The notes under the pieces are model-generated. The model ran no database searches. It worked only from the letters and a program-made list of their open reading frames with translations, and was not told the DNA's origin. From assembly GCA_022813965.1 (NCBI GenBank), contig JALDZS010000070.1:1-64000 (forward strand): a stretch of DNA of 64,000 bases, written 5' to 3'. Shown here one piece after another: positions 1 through 13,316 of the stretch (position 1 is the stretch's first letter; the number at the start of each line of letters is the position of its first letter). The DNA is from Toensbergia leucococca (Eukaryota). The position numbers and the translations under genes are program-made.

Positions 1-237
1 TACTTTCCCTGCTCGCTCGAATAGAGCGTCACAATTGTCAAGGTCGCCCTCTACAAGAGAAACGTTGGGCTTCTCCGCGAGTTTCTTGGCACTCTCGGAG
101 GAAGTACTGCGTGTGACTGCAAGGATTTTGAAGGGAGGTGTCGGCTGCGAAGCTAGGAGAGCAACTATGACAGCGCCGCCTTGTTTACCAGTGGCGCCGG
201 TGACCATGATGGTTCTGGATGATTGGGATTCGGCCAT
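1..237 (-). CDS. NmrA-like NAD(P)-binding protein (atypical SDR), 5' part; continues off the window start
   Basis: Manual translation from the ATG at 237 gives MAESQSSRTIMVTGATGKQGGAVIVALL...KILAVTRSTSSESAKKLA...VEGDLDN. GATGxQGG, AVTR and GDL are typical of the NmrA-like N-terminus. Not in the ORF track. Confidence 0.85.
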   Translation of the reverse strand, partial: MAESQSSRTIMVTGATGKQGGAVIVALLASQPTPPFKILAVTRSTSSESAKKLAEKPNVSLVEGDLDNCDALFERAGKV

Positions 238-810
238 TCTTGGAGATTGAAATTCAAGTCTGAGATGATCTATTCCTGTCGGATAATGAGAAAGATATCT
301 TGCTGTTCATGGCTGCCTGGCTGCCTTATATATCGATGTCGTGGAGTATCTACATGGAGCCAATGATATCATATCGGAGCTTTTTCATCGGCTTCCGGAG
401 CTTTGTTCGAGCCTTAGCAATCAGTCTTTCCGATTTAGGTAAGCAGGATTGGTAAACCTGCTGGCTGAAGTGGCCCGCCTTTATCTGATGACCAAGGCCG
501 CATACGTGATAACAAAGTTTGATCTAGATCCCGTTACGGAGTAAATGAACAAAGACTTGGATTGACGTCAAGGAATTCTTAAGGCTGAGGTACCTTACCT
601 TATCGCAGCGCGTCTTAGAACTAGTCAAAAAGTTGATTAGCTTGATCCGATTAGATAAGATCTCCAACATGTGTTTTCATCTCATGAGGCTACCTAAGTC
701 TAGAGTACGAGTACTCGTGGATGGTCGTGATGCCAGATCTACATCCTAATCCGTCAATGCATACTCTCCGTTGACTTTGGATCATCATCTAAGGCACAAT
801 TTCATTCGTC

Positions 811-3024
811 ATGTCCCACTCCGCATCACCACGAGCTTACCACCATGATGCTTTCGACACCCTCTCTGACCAAGATTCAGATCCCGAGGACGATCAGCTC
901 ATCCACCATGCTAAGAACTCATTCGAACTCGCAGAACATGATCGAGGGGTACTCCATGAAGAGGAAGAGCGGGAGAAGCTACTCACTGGCGAGGCTTCAC
1001 ACATGTCCCAGCCTGAACGTCAGCACCCTGGTGAGAATGCCGAATCAAGTAGAAAGGAGCGGAGGAGGCGACGTCGACTTTCAAGAAAGGCTAGGAGACA
1101 AAAGAACAGAGCAGGCAATGACGAGGAAGATAAGCTCATGTACGAAATGGAGGAAGGTGGTCGGGGGGATGACACAAGCTCTCAATCTTCATTCAGCTCC
1201 ATAGACCTAGACAAAAGGAACTTTGACAACATGTCAATGTCGAGGGTAAGCTTCTGTGTCTCAAGATAACTGAGATGGACTAACATCTATCGTGACAGCG
1301 CACAAAAACATTGCATCGAATTATCATTCCTGCAATCATCATCATATTCTCTATTCTTGCTTTGGGCGCCTATCTTTCATCTCGTCGGAACTTGCATCCT
1401 AAGCCTATCGTCTCTACTTTATCAAATGGGTCATCCATCTTTGCTCCAACCACAATTCTTATTTCCCTTGATGGATTTCGTGCAGATTTCCTAAATCGTA
1501 ATCTGACGCCTACCTTGAATTCCTTTATTGCCAAGGGTGTCTCTCCGAAATACATGTTACCAAGTTTCCCTAGTGTCACCTTTCCTAATCATTATACTCT
1601 CGTCACGGGATTATATCCGGAGAGCCATGGTGTTGTGGGAAATACATTTTGGGATCCAGCATTGAAGGAGGAGTTTTACTACACAGACCCAACAAGGAGT
1701 ATGCAGCCGAAATGGTGGGCTGGCGGAGAACCAGTCTGGGTTACCGCCGAGAAAGAGAATGTTTCGACTGCGATACACATGTGGCCTGGAAGCGAAGCAC
1801 ATATCCAACTCGAGCCCACTTTTCTCGACAAATTCAATGGCTCCGAGGTGCTATCTCGCAAGGTCGATCGAATATTGGAATTCATCGACCTACCTAGCAA
1901 GCAAGATACAGAACAGTCATCAGCAGAACCTCATCGACCACAATTCATCGCTGCTTACGTACCAGTCGTTGATGCGGACGGACACAAATACGGTCCAAAC
2001 AGCACACAAATTCGTAATACAATCTCCAATGTTGACACTATGCTACATGATCTCTTCACTGGGCTTGAACAGCGTAATCTTTCCGAAGTCGTGAATATCA
2101 TCGTGGTTTCCGATCATGGGATGGCAACGACATCAACTGACCGCCTCATTCAATTGGATGATCTTATAGACCTCAATTTGATAGAGCATATAGATGGATG
2201 GCCATTATATGGTTTAAGACCAAAGGATCTGAATGACCTTGGCAGTCTCTATTCTCAGCTTCTCGCCGAGTCTGAACAAAACCCAAACGTAGAAGTCCGT
2301 CTCAGAGAGAACATGCCCGACAGGTATCACTTCTCAAAGAACGACCGTATCGCCCCTCTGTGGATTATTCCTAAGACTGGCTGGGCCATTGTCCAAAAAA
2401 AGAATCTGGAGGTTGAGAAGGCCAAAATGAACGGCGAAATATACCATCCTCGAGGCCTGCATGGGTATGACCATGAGCATCCGCTGATGCGGGCTATTTT
2501 CGTCGCGAGAGGTCCAGCCTTCCCTCATAAACCTAACAGCAAAGTCGAGGTGTTCCGTAAGTTGTGCGACATACCTCAGTGATGCAAACGGCACTAACGT
2601 GAAACGGGTCATAGAGAATATAGAGGTCTACAACATTGTGTGTGACTCTCTTGGTATCGAACCTAAGCCAAACAATGGGAGCTTACGCTTGCCTCTGGTA
2701 CCGATCGGTCTGCACTCTGACGAGTCGAAACTGCTAGAGGACATCCCCATGGATCTTCCTTCAGAAATCGAAGACATATCAACATCGGAATCTTTGACGA
2801 CACCTATGTCATCCTCGGGAGCCATCCAAAATAGTACTCCAACTACTCGGCCCAAAGAGAACGAAAGTGAAGTCCCTAATGATGACGAAGAAAACAAAGA
2901 AAAACTTAGTGAATGGTGGACTTATTTCATCGAGAGAGTCAAGGCTGCCAAGGCATGGGCAGCTAGTATGATTCCTAAAGCGAAAGGTAACAAAGACGAG
3001 TCTAAACAGGATACCAAAGCTTGA
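811..3024 (+). CDS. NPP1: Ectonucleotide pyrophosphatase/phosphodiesterase (type II membrane protein, NPP1-like), 3 exons
   Basis: Motifs LISLDGFRADF, FPSVTFPNHYTLVTGLYPESHG, DADGH, VSDHGM and GLHGYD, with a TM helix after an acidic/basic N-terminus. Introns at about 1246-1298 (GTAAGC..CTAAC..CAG) and about 2557-2614. Confidence 0.9.
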
Positions 3025-3609
3025 CTACATCCTCTGCCTGTCGGTGTTTGGTGTAGCCTGATTGGTTGACCACAGTGACTAGAGTTCCATTAACGGCGTT
3101 TTGCATTCGCGAAAAATACCCATCATACAATTATCCCCCACTACTACTAGAAGAAGCAAACATGGGAGTTTTTCAAATCACTTGCAGCTACTCGCAAGAG
3201 CCTTCTAGCAACGAATGAAAACGGTATGCTTACAAACAAAGTGTATTCTTATTGATCACGAGAAAGAGCAGCGCTATACTTTGAAGAACATTTCACCCCC
3301 AATATACTCGAGTGCATGGTATTTAGACATCATGCCTAATTTTACCATGTGTTTGGCTCGATGTTGTCGATTGCCTCTTAGTATTAGACAAAGAGCTAAC
3401 ATCAGTCCAGAAGCGGTCATTACCACAAAGAATAGATTTCCCGAATTACAATAATGGAAACTGGCCTTTGTCTACTTGATTCTATTTTCCAGTAAATAGA
3501 TCACTCCCTGCGCCAGAAGGCATGGCCAGCACTATTCAATCAATGCCAGGCTCGTCATATCTCGGTATAGACTTATAATCACCCTAGGAGTCATTGACAC
3601 CGGCACATT

Positions 3610-5060
3610 ATGGCAGAAGAGGAGCTGAAGCTCACTTTTGGTATAGAGTTAGAACATGTTTTTGTGTTCCACGAACGTCTACTCAGGAGTTGTATCAACA
3701 GAAGCAATGCGCCGAGTGACATTATCAAAGATATTCCCGACGATTGGCGCGATGTGCTGTTGGATAGTACAACGCAGCAGCCTAAAAGGGCCTTTCGGTA
3801 TCATGGCTGGGGACTGACCTCAGATTCCCTGGATCCTCGAGCAGCAAAACTCCCGGGTATGGATTATCGAGTCTATGGGTACGAGCCTCTACAGATAGCA
3901 CGGGATTTGTACCCGCCCGCCCCGATTATCGACGTTAAGCTTGGGCCGGACACGCCTATGAATCATGAACGTTGGCACTTTACTCATGATAAAACCCTTG
4001 AGGGAATTGACCTAGGAGGCCTAGAAACGCGTCCCTTTGCTCATCGCAAAGAATACGTTGACGAATTGAATGCTATATTAGCATTGGATTGTATCAAACA
4101 TCGAGACATTAATGCGGAACATTGTACGTCCTTTGCTCCTGCTGCTTGTTTGTCGTTCTTCCAGCTAAACGTTTCCCAGGGTCAAGTCATGGCATCGAGC
4201 TGGTCTCCAAAGTCCTTGAAAATGTTCCAGAATCATTTGAAGAGATCAACGAAGCCCTAGCAATCCTGGAAGGTGAATCCTCATCAGAGCCCTCCATGAA
4301 TGCTGCCCTTCCCAGCATACATTGCGGTTTCCATGTTCATATTGGCCTTCCTCCATCTGCTCGCCATCAACAGGCCTTTTCACTCCCCCTCCTTCGGCAT
4401 CTTGCTTATATCTTCGTCATGTACGAGCGCGATATTAATACCCTATTTCCCCATCATCGCCGAGAAGATAGCACTGCCGGATTAGACTATTGCGAAAAGA
4501 ATCTCTTCGAAGGTAGTCGCTTCCTCGGCGATCTTCCAACCCAAGGTCCGACGGTATACAATCCAGCCACATCCGAGTGGGAAAGGTCAAATATTCCGGC
4601 ACAAGAAGAATACTCACAATCACGAGATTTATTGAGGCCAGTCTTGCTACCGCGCGCACGAGAACTCCTCTTCAACAAGGACCTAACGCTGCCCGGTCTA
4701 GTGGACTTGATGAACCCTCGAAAGGCAACCAGAGTTAACTGGACCAACTTGACAAAAAAACCTGAATTTAAACCCAACACAATCGAGTTCAGACAGCACG
4801 AAGGTACCCTATCCGAGGTGGCGATCAAATGGTGGGTCACCTTCCTCATCGGCTTGGTGCAGTGGGCGGGACGGCTTGCGCGGGAAGACCCTACCGGTGC
4901 CTCGTGGGACACGTATCAGTGGACGGAGTGGAACGACGATATTAGTGTATTTGAGCTTTTTAAACAGACTGGCTTTCCCGAAGAGGGGGTGGAGTATTAT
5001 CGGAGAAAGGCGGCTTATTATTCGCCTCGTTCTGATGATGCGGAGTTGTTTTTCGCGTAG
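3610..5060 (+). CDS. Putative amidoligase (Amidoligase_2 / COOH-NH2 ligase-type) protein, 2 exons
   Basis: Motifs TFGIELE, GIELVS, CGFHVHIG and TIEFRQHEGT. Intron 4124-4179 (GTACGT..CAG) joins the two ORFs as EH-W-SSHGIELVS. Confidence 0.8.
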
Positions 5061-6554
5061 TGTTTGGGGTGATTTTGGTCTTTAAGGTTTCTTTTGTAAG
5101 AGTGCTTTATATGTTTGGTCCCATTTTTTTTTTAAGTTGCTTGGGGGGGGGGAAGGGAGTTCTTTATGGAGTCTGTGGAAGGGTATCTGTGTTTTGTTGT
5201 AAACGCTGTTTGTTTATTTTTCTTTGCTTTCTTTTTGAGGGATTTTGAGGCCCAGGGGCGGTTAGACTCTATTATATTTAATCTAGATTCGTACTGAGTT
5301 TTTCCATGACGGTTTTTTTTCTTGACTTGACTTGAATATGTGATTCAAATGAATGAAACCCTTTTTTTCTTTCTGAGATATTGAACAGATGAAAGAAAGA
5401 AAAAAAGGTAAGTTGTGAGATCTCAAGCTGGTTTGTATTTTTAATTTTTTTATTAATCTTGGAAAATTCACTCTGTGAAGGCCCCATTTCAATCTCCTCA
5501 CACCTCACCCCCCTAACATCACTCAATCATGCAATACCGCCCCCTCAGGCACATGCGCATAGAAAACCATCATGATTCCGCACCACATAACATCTCACCT
5601 CCATCCCTCATCACTTAACAAGCCACAAACCACAACCGCATACCAAATCCCAAAGCTCAAAACCACTCAGCTGAAAAAAAAAACCCTCATACTTTAAAAT
5701 CATCATCGTAACTTAAGTCCGAGTCATAAAAAAAAAATCATCATGATCTATCTATTCTACATCCTAAACGCTGCCATCATTTTTTGTAAGCTTTGAATAA
5801 GAACAATGGAGTAAAGTAATTACCCTCTGATTCGGCCATGTTTTGTTGAGCAGCAAGTGTGAGCTCGGTCGGTGTTGCGTATCGGTGGAGGAGGGAGAGA
5901 TGTGTGTGGTGGTGGAGGTGAGAGATGTGGTGGTGGTGGTGAGAGATGTGGTAGGAAGTTGGGGTGAAATGAGGTAGGAATTCGGCGCGAGATGAGCTAC
6001 GAAACCACAAAGATTCCCTAGGTAAAGCTTGCTACCAAATGACATGCAATTGAGAAGGGGCTGATGGCATGCAAAAAAGAGGTACGAGAAATCAGGTGCA
6101 AAAGTGGTTCGAAATCATGATGATTCCCTCTACATCGCGCTCGGGGCGCACAAATGCATAACTGGGTAATGGTAGGGGCTGTGGCGATATCGAAACAGGG
6201 TGTAGGAATAAATATCACAAGCCTAAAATTAAATCCGATGATACCCTCATCTGCAATGTCTGAGCCGTGTGAAATCTGTCTTGTTTAGAAGGGAAAAAAA
6301 GGTACAAAGAGGCTTTGTGGTCAACTATGAATCTACCTATCCCGTCTGCAGCGCCCTGTTGGCTTCAATAATACTGGACTGAAATTGAGGGGGGGGTTAG
6401 ATAATAGTGGGACGGTGGTGGGAGCTGAGTGGGGGCTTTGCGGTAGCCAGTATCCGTACTAATACCAGAGGTTCCTGGGCCGGATCAATCGCTCGCTCGC
6501 TCGGCAAACCTTCTCTGCCATCGAGCGAGAAGGTTTAGATGAAAAAGTGAATCG

Positions 6555-9500
6555 TCAGGCTGAGGCGCCTCTTGGCGCCATTTGCCCCTTGGCAGAGTCC
6601 TTGCCCTCGGTAGCCTGGGCTCCCCCTACCGCCTGCAACCCGCCTTCGACGCGCTGCACCACTCCTCCTTCCCGTTGCCCGCCAGCTACGCTCTCAGCCC
6701 CCTGCGGCACAAAATGATCCTCCTCAATCTCCACCACAAAAGGCGTCCCTTTGGCTCTCTTCTCCCGACTGCTCCCATGATTAAACTCGCACTTGAACGT
6801 CAAAAAAGCCCCGTCCTCCAACGGCCCGAAGATCTTGATCCTATCCCCTGTCTGCAGCTTCCCGTAATGCCACGCTGTCGGCGTGCCCTTGGTCAGCTTC
6901 ACGTCGTTAACCCAGATATTTTGCGTTGACTGCGTTGCCACAATGGCACTGACATCTTTGATGGTTGTCCAATCGATGCCCTTTTCGATTAGGGATTCGA
7001 TGCCGGGGCACCAAAAGATTATGCAGAGGGCTATTTTAGGAATGCGGATGTCGGACAAGTCTGGGTAGTGGACTGTGCAGATTGGGTTGCGACCCCATTT
7101 CGTGACGCGTTGTTCGAGGGGAATGGTGATGTTGCTTATGGAGCCGGAAATGGATGTGAGCTTCCCAAAACGGTGAGGGGGTCTTATGAATCCTGGATCG
7201 TTGGTAACGCTGGCATCGTCTGTGACTTTGACGTTGGCTCCTTCGATTCGGCCGCTGTGAGACTGTGCGAGCTGAACATTCGTACTTGTTGCGCTTTTTC
7301 GAACCGTGTCATCATTGTATGATTGGACTGTCGAGTATTCATGGTTGCCCTCGCCTGCTTCTTCTAATAACCTATCAATGCTCCCGATATATGAGCTGTC
7401 TTCTGCGATACCTGTGGCATTGAATTCGGCAGACGACTCATCCCACGACAATTGATTACCAACGTCATCTCTACCGCTAGCTCCTAATGTTCCTGCGGAA
7501 TTGCGACTTGAAGGATTGGTAGAATGATCATGATGTGAGTGTGAGTTGCCTCGTTTGGTACGACTGCCAAGCCTTGCTCGCTTTGGGACGGTCTCATCAT
7601 GAGTAGGTTGGGCGATATGATGAATGAGGTTTGACCCCATAAGACCTGAGGTTGATAGTGGAGATTGTTCTCGGGTTCGAGGAGTCTGAGGTGTCAGTGG
7701 AGCCGAAGGGATTGAGACAGGAGAAGCCATATTGAGCTGTCCAACGAGTGCTTCTGCGCCAAATAGACTTGGGGCTGATCCGTGTGCAGGTTCACTGATG
7801 ATACCACGAGACTCATGGGCGTTATTGACAACTCGGCTGGTGTGACTTCTATCTGTTGTAATACTGGTTCCATCGTCGCTTCCTTCCATTTGCATCTCAA
7901 GAGCCATGTGCGCGTCATGACCCAGCACTCCCGAACTTGCAAGAGCCGAGTTTCCAATCTCTCCGAAGAGACGATTTGTAGTGAGAGGGTGTGAAGTTAC
8001 TGCATGTGTCTGCTCTGTATTTATCGTCGGGAGAGCAGGATACAAGGATCCTGCACTGAGTAAATCCCCTGGCTCTCCATGGGCGGCATTTTGATGGGCG
8101 ACTTTGAATCGTTTTGATACACGATTACGGTCAATTTCATCGACATCAGAGTTTTCATCGTCACCTCCCATGTCCAAGTCATCATGGTGATCCTGCAAAC
8201 TCAAAAGTGATGCATCGATACCATGCTCATCATCCTCCTGAATTATGTCGAGGTTCTCTGGCAAAGGTTCTTCAACCAGATCCATACCAGCGACATCAGC
8301 GACATCCTTGACCCATGGGTGTCTAAGGCATTCGTCGAATGTTGGCCGCAGTTTGGGTGCGGTAACAAGCATCTTGGTCAAAAAGTCAATAGCATCATCT
8401 GATACACCGCCGAGCTTCAATGGTCCAAAATCAATCCCATTCCGAAATATCCCATCAAGCATCGAAGCCCCATGATCGTCCACCATACCGGTATACGCTG
8501 GTTTGCCAGCCAACAGATGAAACATGACCGCAGCGAAAGACCACACGTCAACAGCCCGACTATACGGGGCTGTCGTCGGAGTACTGGCAAGAAGTCAGTC
8601 AATATAGTGCAATAGATCACTGGTGTAGGGGTGTATGACTTACGGTCCTGTGGAGCGGCGTCGCTTGCGTGGCGGAGGCGGTAACTCCTTCTTGCCGTGA
8701 TATAATCCGTAGTCAGGGTAAATCTCAGGGGCACAGTACTGCATCGTTCCACAAAAGGTTTTTAGAAAGGTTTCTTTTTCATCCACAAATTTGGACAGTC
8801 CGAAGTCGGACAGCTTGACATGGATCGGCCCAATGGCTGCGATTAAGATATTGTCTGGCTTGACATCTCGATGGGTGATTTTTCTCTTGTGAAGATAGTT
8901 CAGGGCTTGTGAGATCTGTCGAGAGACGGATTTGGCCATACCTTCCAGCATATAGCCATGGTTGTTTAGGTATTTTGAAAGGTCTCCACCAGGAACATAG
9001 TCCATAACAATATAAAGATAGGCAGGGAAGTCCGCGTAGTCATGAAATCTCACAATATTCGGCTGCACGACCCATTTGTTAGTTACTCCACAGCAAGTCT
9101 TCATATCTTTGTAGACTCACATGGATTAAGTCCTTCATGATTTGAATCTCATTATCAAGTTTTTGGTTGAGAATGCCATTCTTGATAAACCGACGCTTCT
9201 CTAGTTCTTTGACTGCATAAGTTTCGCCATGCTGCTTGGTTGCGAGCAGGTAAACCATTGCAAAAGACCCTTTCCCAACCCACCCAACCACGTTATACTT
9301 CTCTCCTCCACTCCAGTGCATACCAAAGTGATATTTCGCGCTGCCTGCAGTCAGGTGTCCTCCAGGATTAGGATTAACCCCAGTCTCTGTGGCAAGCAGA
9401 TCCTCGCTCAAGGGATTTACTGGTATCTATCACATGTGTCAGCCATACCGTGACTATCAACATAAGTCAAGGACACTGTCTACCGGGGGAGGTGCCATGC

Positions 9501-10296
9501 CAGTCCCGTTTGCCCGGGCATTGGCCACAACAAGCGCTTGTCGTTCGGTCTGTGCCACGTACGCAAGATATTCGCTCAGTCTCTGGTCATACCTCAACGC
9601 GGCACGATCTCTCGAGGGCATGCTAACAATGAACTTGATCTCTTCAGATGGAATGCTCGTGAAAAGACGAATGACAGATCCGTTATTGAGCATGCGTTTC
9701 TTGTCCTCGCGGTCAGACTTTGTTTTGTTTACTTTCAGCAGAACGTCATCCACAGCAGTTCCGTTTGTGGACATATCTTGCAGCATGACAATACCATCCT
9801 TGGTGATGTATATGCGAAAGTGCATGTTACTGAGGCGCTGGTGTTCGCTAAGAAAACCAAGTATAATATCGCATTTTTGGGGATTGCGGCCAAATATAAA
9901 ACCCATGCAAGGATCCCGGACACGAGAGGACAAGCGCAGGGCAATGTCATGAGCAGTGCTACCTTTCCTCTGGGTCTCCTCGTCTGACATCACATCATTA
10001 TCTGCCGATGTATCATCGGTATCATTGTGATCAGAATCCTCGTCCGGTCGTGTACTCCGGCCGAGGTCATTATCGTCGATCTCCTGGAACACACGTGAAA
10101 GACCTTGGTTTGATAAAATATGTTGTGGAGTACTTGAAGCGACAAGCTGGACGGCAGCAAAGGCAGCTTGAGAACTCGGATGGAGGATGCAAATGACATC
10201 GGATTCATCCTGAATACTTAGCATGGAGCCGTTGTGCCCGAGGCGTCGAGGATCGTAGAAGGGTTGTGTGGAGGGTTGTGTGGCTACATCGTCCAT
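6555..10296 (-). CDS. CHK2: Checkpoint Ser/Thr kinase of the Chk2/Cds1/Rad53 family (N-terminal FHA, kinase, C-terminal FHA-like domain), multi-exon
   Basis: N-terminal TQ cluster (ATQPSTQP) and FHA motifs (FGRNP, LSNMHF, STNGT). Kinase motifs GKGSFA, AVK, HRDVKPDN, DFG, FCGTMQYCAPE. A second FHA-like region (WGRNP, STQNIWVN) as in Rad53. Introns near 9421-9476, 9065-9120 and 8585-8643. Confidence 0.88.
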
Positions 10297-13200
10297 GTTT
10301 GCGGTTTCAGCGAATTTGGGGTCTTGAGAAGGTAGGCGTCCGACTGAGTAGTACTGCTACCAAAGTGTTATTAGAGTAGTGTTGTACATAGAAGCTTAAC
10401 AGTTCTTCCTCTTGCTGGCCACAAAAGCAGAGTTTGGACAAATGTAGGTGTCTCCATTCTGTAGAGTTGAAAGATGTACTCCGTATGACAGCAACACATT
10501 AAATGACTACATTCCAAATCATATTGTGGGATGTAATTCAAAGCTATCAGAAGTTCCTGGACAAGAAGTATAAAGGACCTACATTACGAGTCAATCGAGT
10601 CCCACCTGGGGTTATGATGGTGAATTGCGTGCTCGAGTCGTCAACGATCTTCTCTTGAGCATCAACCTGTCCCTGAAATGAGTTACTATCATCAAGCGAA
10701 CGTTTAGCGAACTGGTTTCTCGCTTCCGTGTTAAGGCCACGAAGTTGATGATGTGTTTATTCAGAAGCCGCCTCAAGTATATCCAAAGATGCAGGCTCGA
10801 CTTTCAAGTGTGTTAAAGAGGGTTCAGGATTTCCAGAATCTACCCGGATATCGTCCGGTAGTGGGCTTAGCTTCGCAGGTGCTGTGTCTCGATCCTCGTC
10901 GTCAGTGACTTGTTCTTCAGGATCTTCCTGACTGTCAGGGATTTCTCTGTGGAACTCTAAAGGCTCCGTCCGAATGCGAGCTTCGCAGGGTAATAGTGTG
11001 CGGCGACGAGCCGTATATATAGTCTAGTTGATAATTTGCTTGTTAGCTATCTGATGTGGATACGAGACTCCATTCCCATGTCCATCCCGGCCGTCAGCAG
11101 TAGGATGGATAAATAGGGCCATTATGGAGGCTAAACGGAAGAGAAATGGAAGGAAACGAGGTTTGTGTCTTTGTGATGGGTTCAAAAATGGCTCTAGTCT
11201 CTTCCAAAGCTACGAGGTGCTAGCTCTGGGCAGAGGTAGAAAGCGAGCTGATCAATGCCGCAACCCCCTTATTAGAATGAGGGCAGAGGTTCTAGATTAA
11301 TGAAAGAGCTGTAATTGGAGTAAGATACAGCGTAGAAAATACAAGTAGTGGAAGTACACGCTGCTGAATCGTGGTGCGAGAAGTATTGCATGTTTGGCTA
11401 GTTGGGGCGAAAAACAACGCGGAGTGAAGTGTGCGGCCTACATTTTTTTCAAGCAACAAGTACGATCAACACTGTTGTTGACGACGTTTCAGCTTAGCAC
11501 GGTCAAAACCACTCACCACGTCTCATCGATGAGATCTTCCACCTACAATCAATAGCGGTACCTTCCTCTGATAAGCCAAGGCGTGAGCGTGACGCCTCAA
11601 AAGTTTTAGTGCACTGTTAGTCTTCTCCCACTCACTAGACTCGAGAATCTTTACAGTTCTTCGAGTCCGCACAGTCCTAGAACGCTGCATCAGCTGTATG
11701 GTATGAGACGCTGGGCAGCTGGCAGTCTTCTCTTTCTGCAGTAAAAGCAGCAGCTGGGCTTCCCTGAGTTTGACAGCTCTTTCTATGGCAGGTCTTCTTC
11801 TCTGATACAGGTCTTCTTCCCTGATACAGGTCGAGCAGCTCAACGGACTTTGTCGAGCCAGCCCAAGACGGTCCCTTGAGAAGATGTACTCGGGATTTTC
11901 CTTCTCTCGCAGTCTTGCTAATCATGTATATAAATATTTAGACTAACCCTGGGTCACAATGGTGCACGAGATCTACACCCGCGAATATTGGGAGAGTTTC
12001 TCCAACAACGATGAGGACGGGAGACGAGCGAGGCCAGGACTTGAGCCTGGGACGAGCACCACAACAGGGTATAGGAGAAACCCGGTCGTACAGACGTTGT
12101 CTACAGAGGAGTTACAGTCAGTATGACCCGAATAGAAGTTTCTAGGCAAGAACTGACCATGTATAAAAAGACGCAACTTCCATCATGGGGCTGATCCCAA
12201 TATTCGGATCATTAGTTTCCAGCCTATCGACCCTGTGCAGTTTATGCAGCGTAGGCAGCGCAAACATGCTATAGCGCCAACGCTGTGGTTTAAAGCCAGC
12301 GAGTGGACGTTACAAGTATTGGGAGCTCTGAAAGAAAAAAGCATGCGGGGATTGAATAACACTGCCAATGGCTTCTTGGCTTTTATTACTGTGAGGTTCA
12401 AAAATCAACCCCGGTCTTGCAGGGATAGACGCCGGGCTCCGTTCCCTGTACCTGACTAACGCTTTCCGGACATATCTAGTGGAGCTTTAAGTATATGCGG
12501 AAGGAACATCCGGCGGGAAATCTGGGTGAGAATGAACCGGTTCAGGAATAAGAGGGTTCAGGAGAGGGTGATGAAGACTGTCGCATGAATCAAAGTCTCT
12601 AATACTGAGGGGCAACAGTGTTCTTCAGTCACTATGCCACCAAAGGTCGTTGACTGAGGAGTGAGCTTGGTAGTGAGGAACTCTAGAGTCAAAGATTGTT
12701 GTCAAAGGGAATTTCTATTTCTCCGGTTTGTGCATTCAGATGCCGAGGCTTGCTACGTCATACTCATCAATGGGACAGTTTCCGGAGTTCAGATTCAACA
12801 GGGGCTCTGCCTATGGTCAAGAGGTCATGTTATCAGACAAATGCTGGCGACTGTTGTTTATGATACGCTCCCTAAGTTTTTCACAGTCTGGACAAAAATT
12901 GTTCATCGTGTGTCAGTCAGCACAGGTAGCATTAAATGTTGAAGAAATAGTCCTTTGGAGACACTGTCAAATGTACAAGATCAACTGTCTTCAGTGGTCT
13001 GGCTGCGACTACTCTTAGATACAAAGTATTGGTGTCTTCTCAAATGCCAAGTACCTATCTAATGTAAGATATATACATAACAATAGATCGAGCTATTTCC
13101 AGCAAATGTGTTTGAATCGTGCAATGTGCGCCAGCTACAATGTAGCAATCCATCCCCATCCACGTCGGATTTCTCAATTTACACCCCTTTAGAAACCCCG

Positions 13201-13316
13201 TCTGATCAGACACCGTCCTTGCCATGAGAACACCATATTAGACCATTCAACACCAAACAAAAAGCAGAGGACGCTAAATCGCAATAATTCTCAACCAAAA
13301 TTAACAAGAGAAAAAG

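Noticed and set aside
5900..5955. GAGAGATGTGGTGGTGGTGGT-type short tandem repeat
   Set aside because: An ordinary low-complexity minisatellite in intergenic DNA.
10757..11122. Possible small gene or uORF upstream of CHK2 (minus strand; 88 open codons containing EIPDSQEDPEE after a GCTAAC..TAG acceptor)
   Set aside because: I could not join it in frame to an ATG with a credible donor site; unresolved.
11790..11831. 19-bp tandem duplication (CAGGTCTTCTTCYCTGATA) and surrounding short ORFs at 11.5-12.5 kb
   Set aside because: Only two copies, and no coherent gene model or domain.
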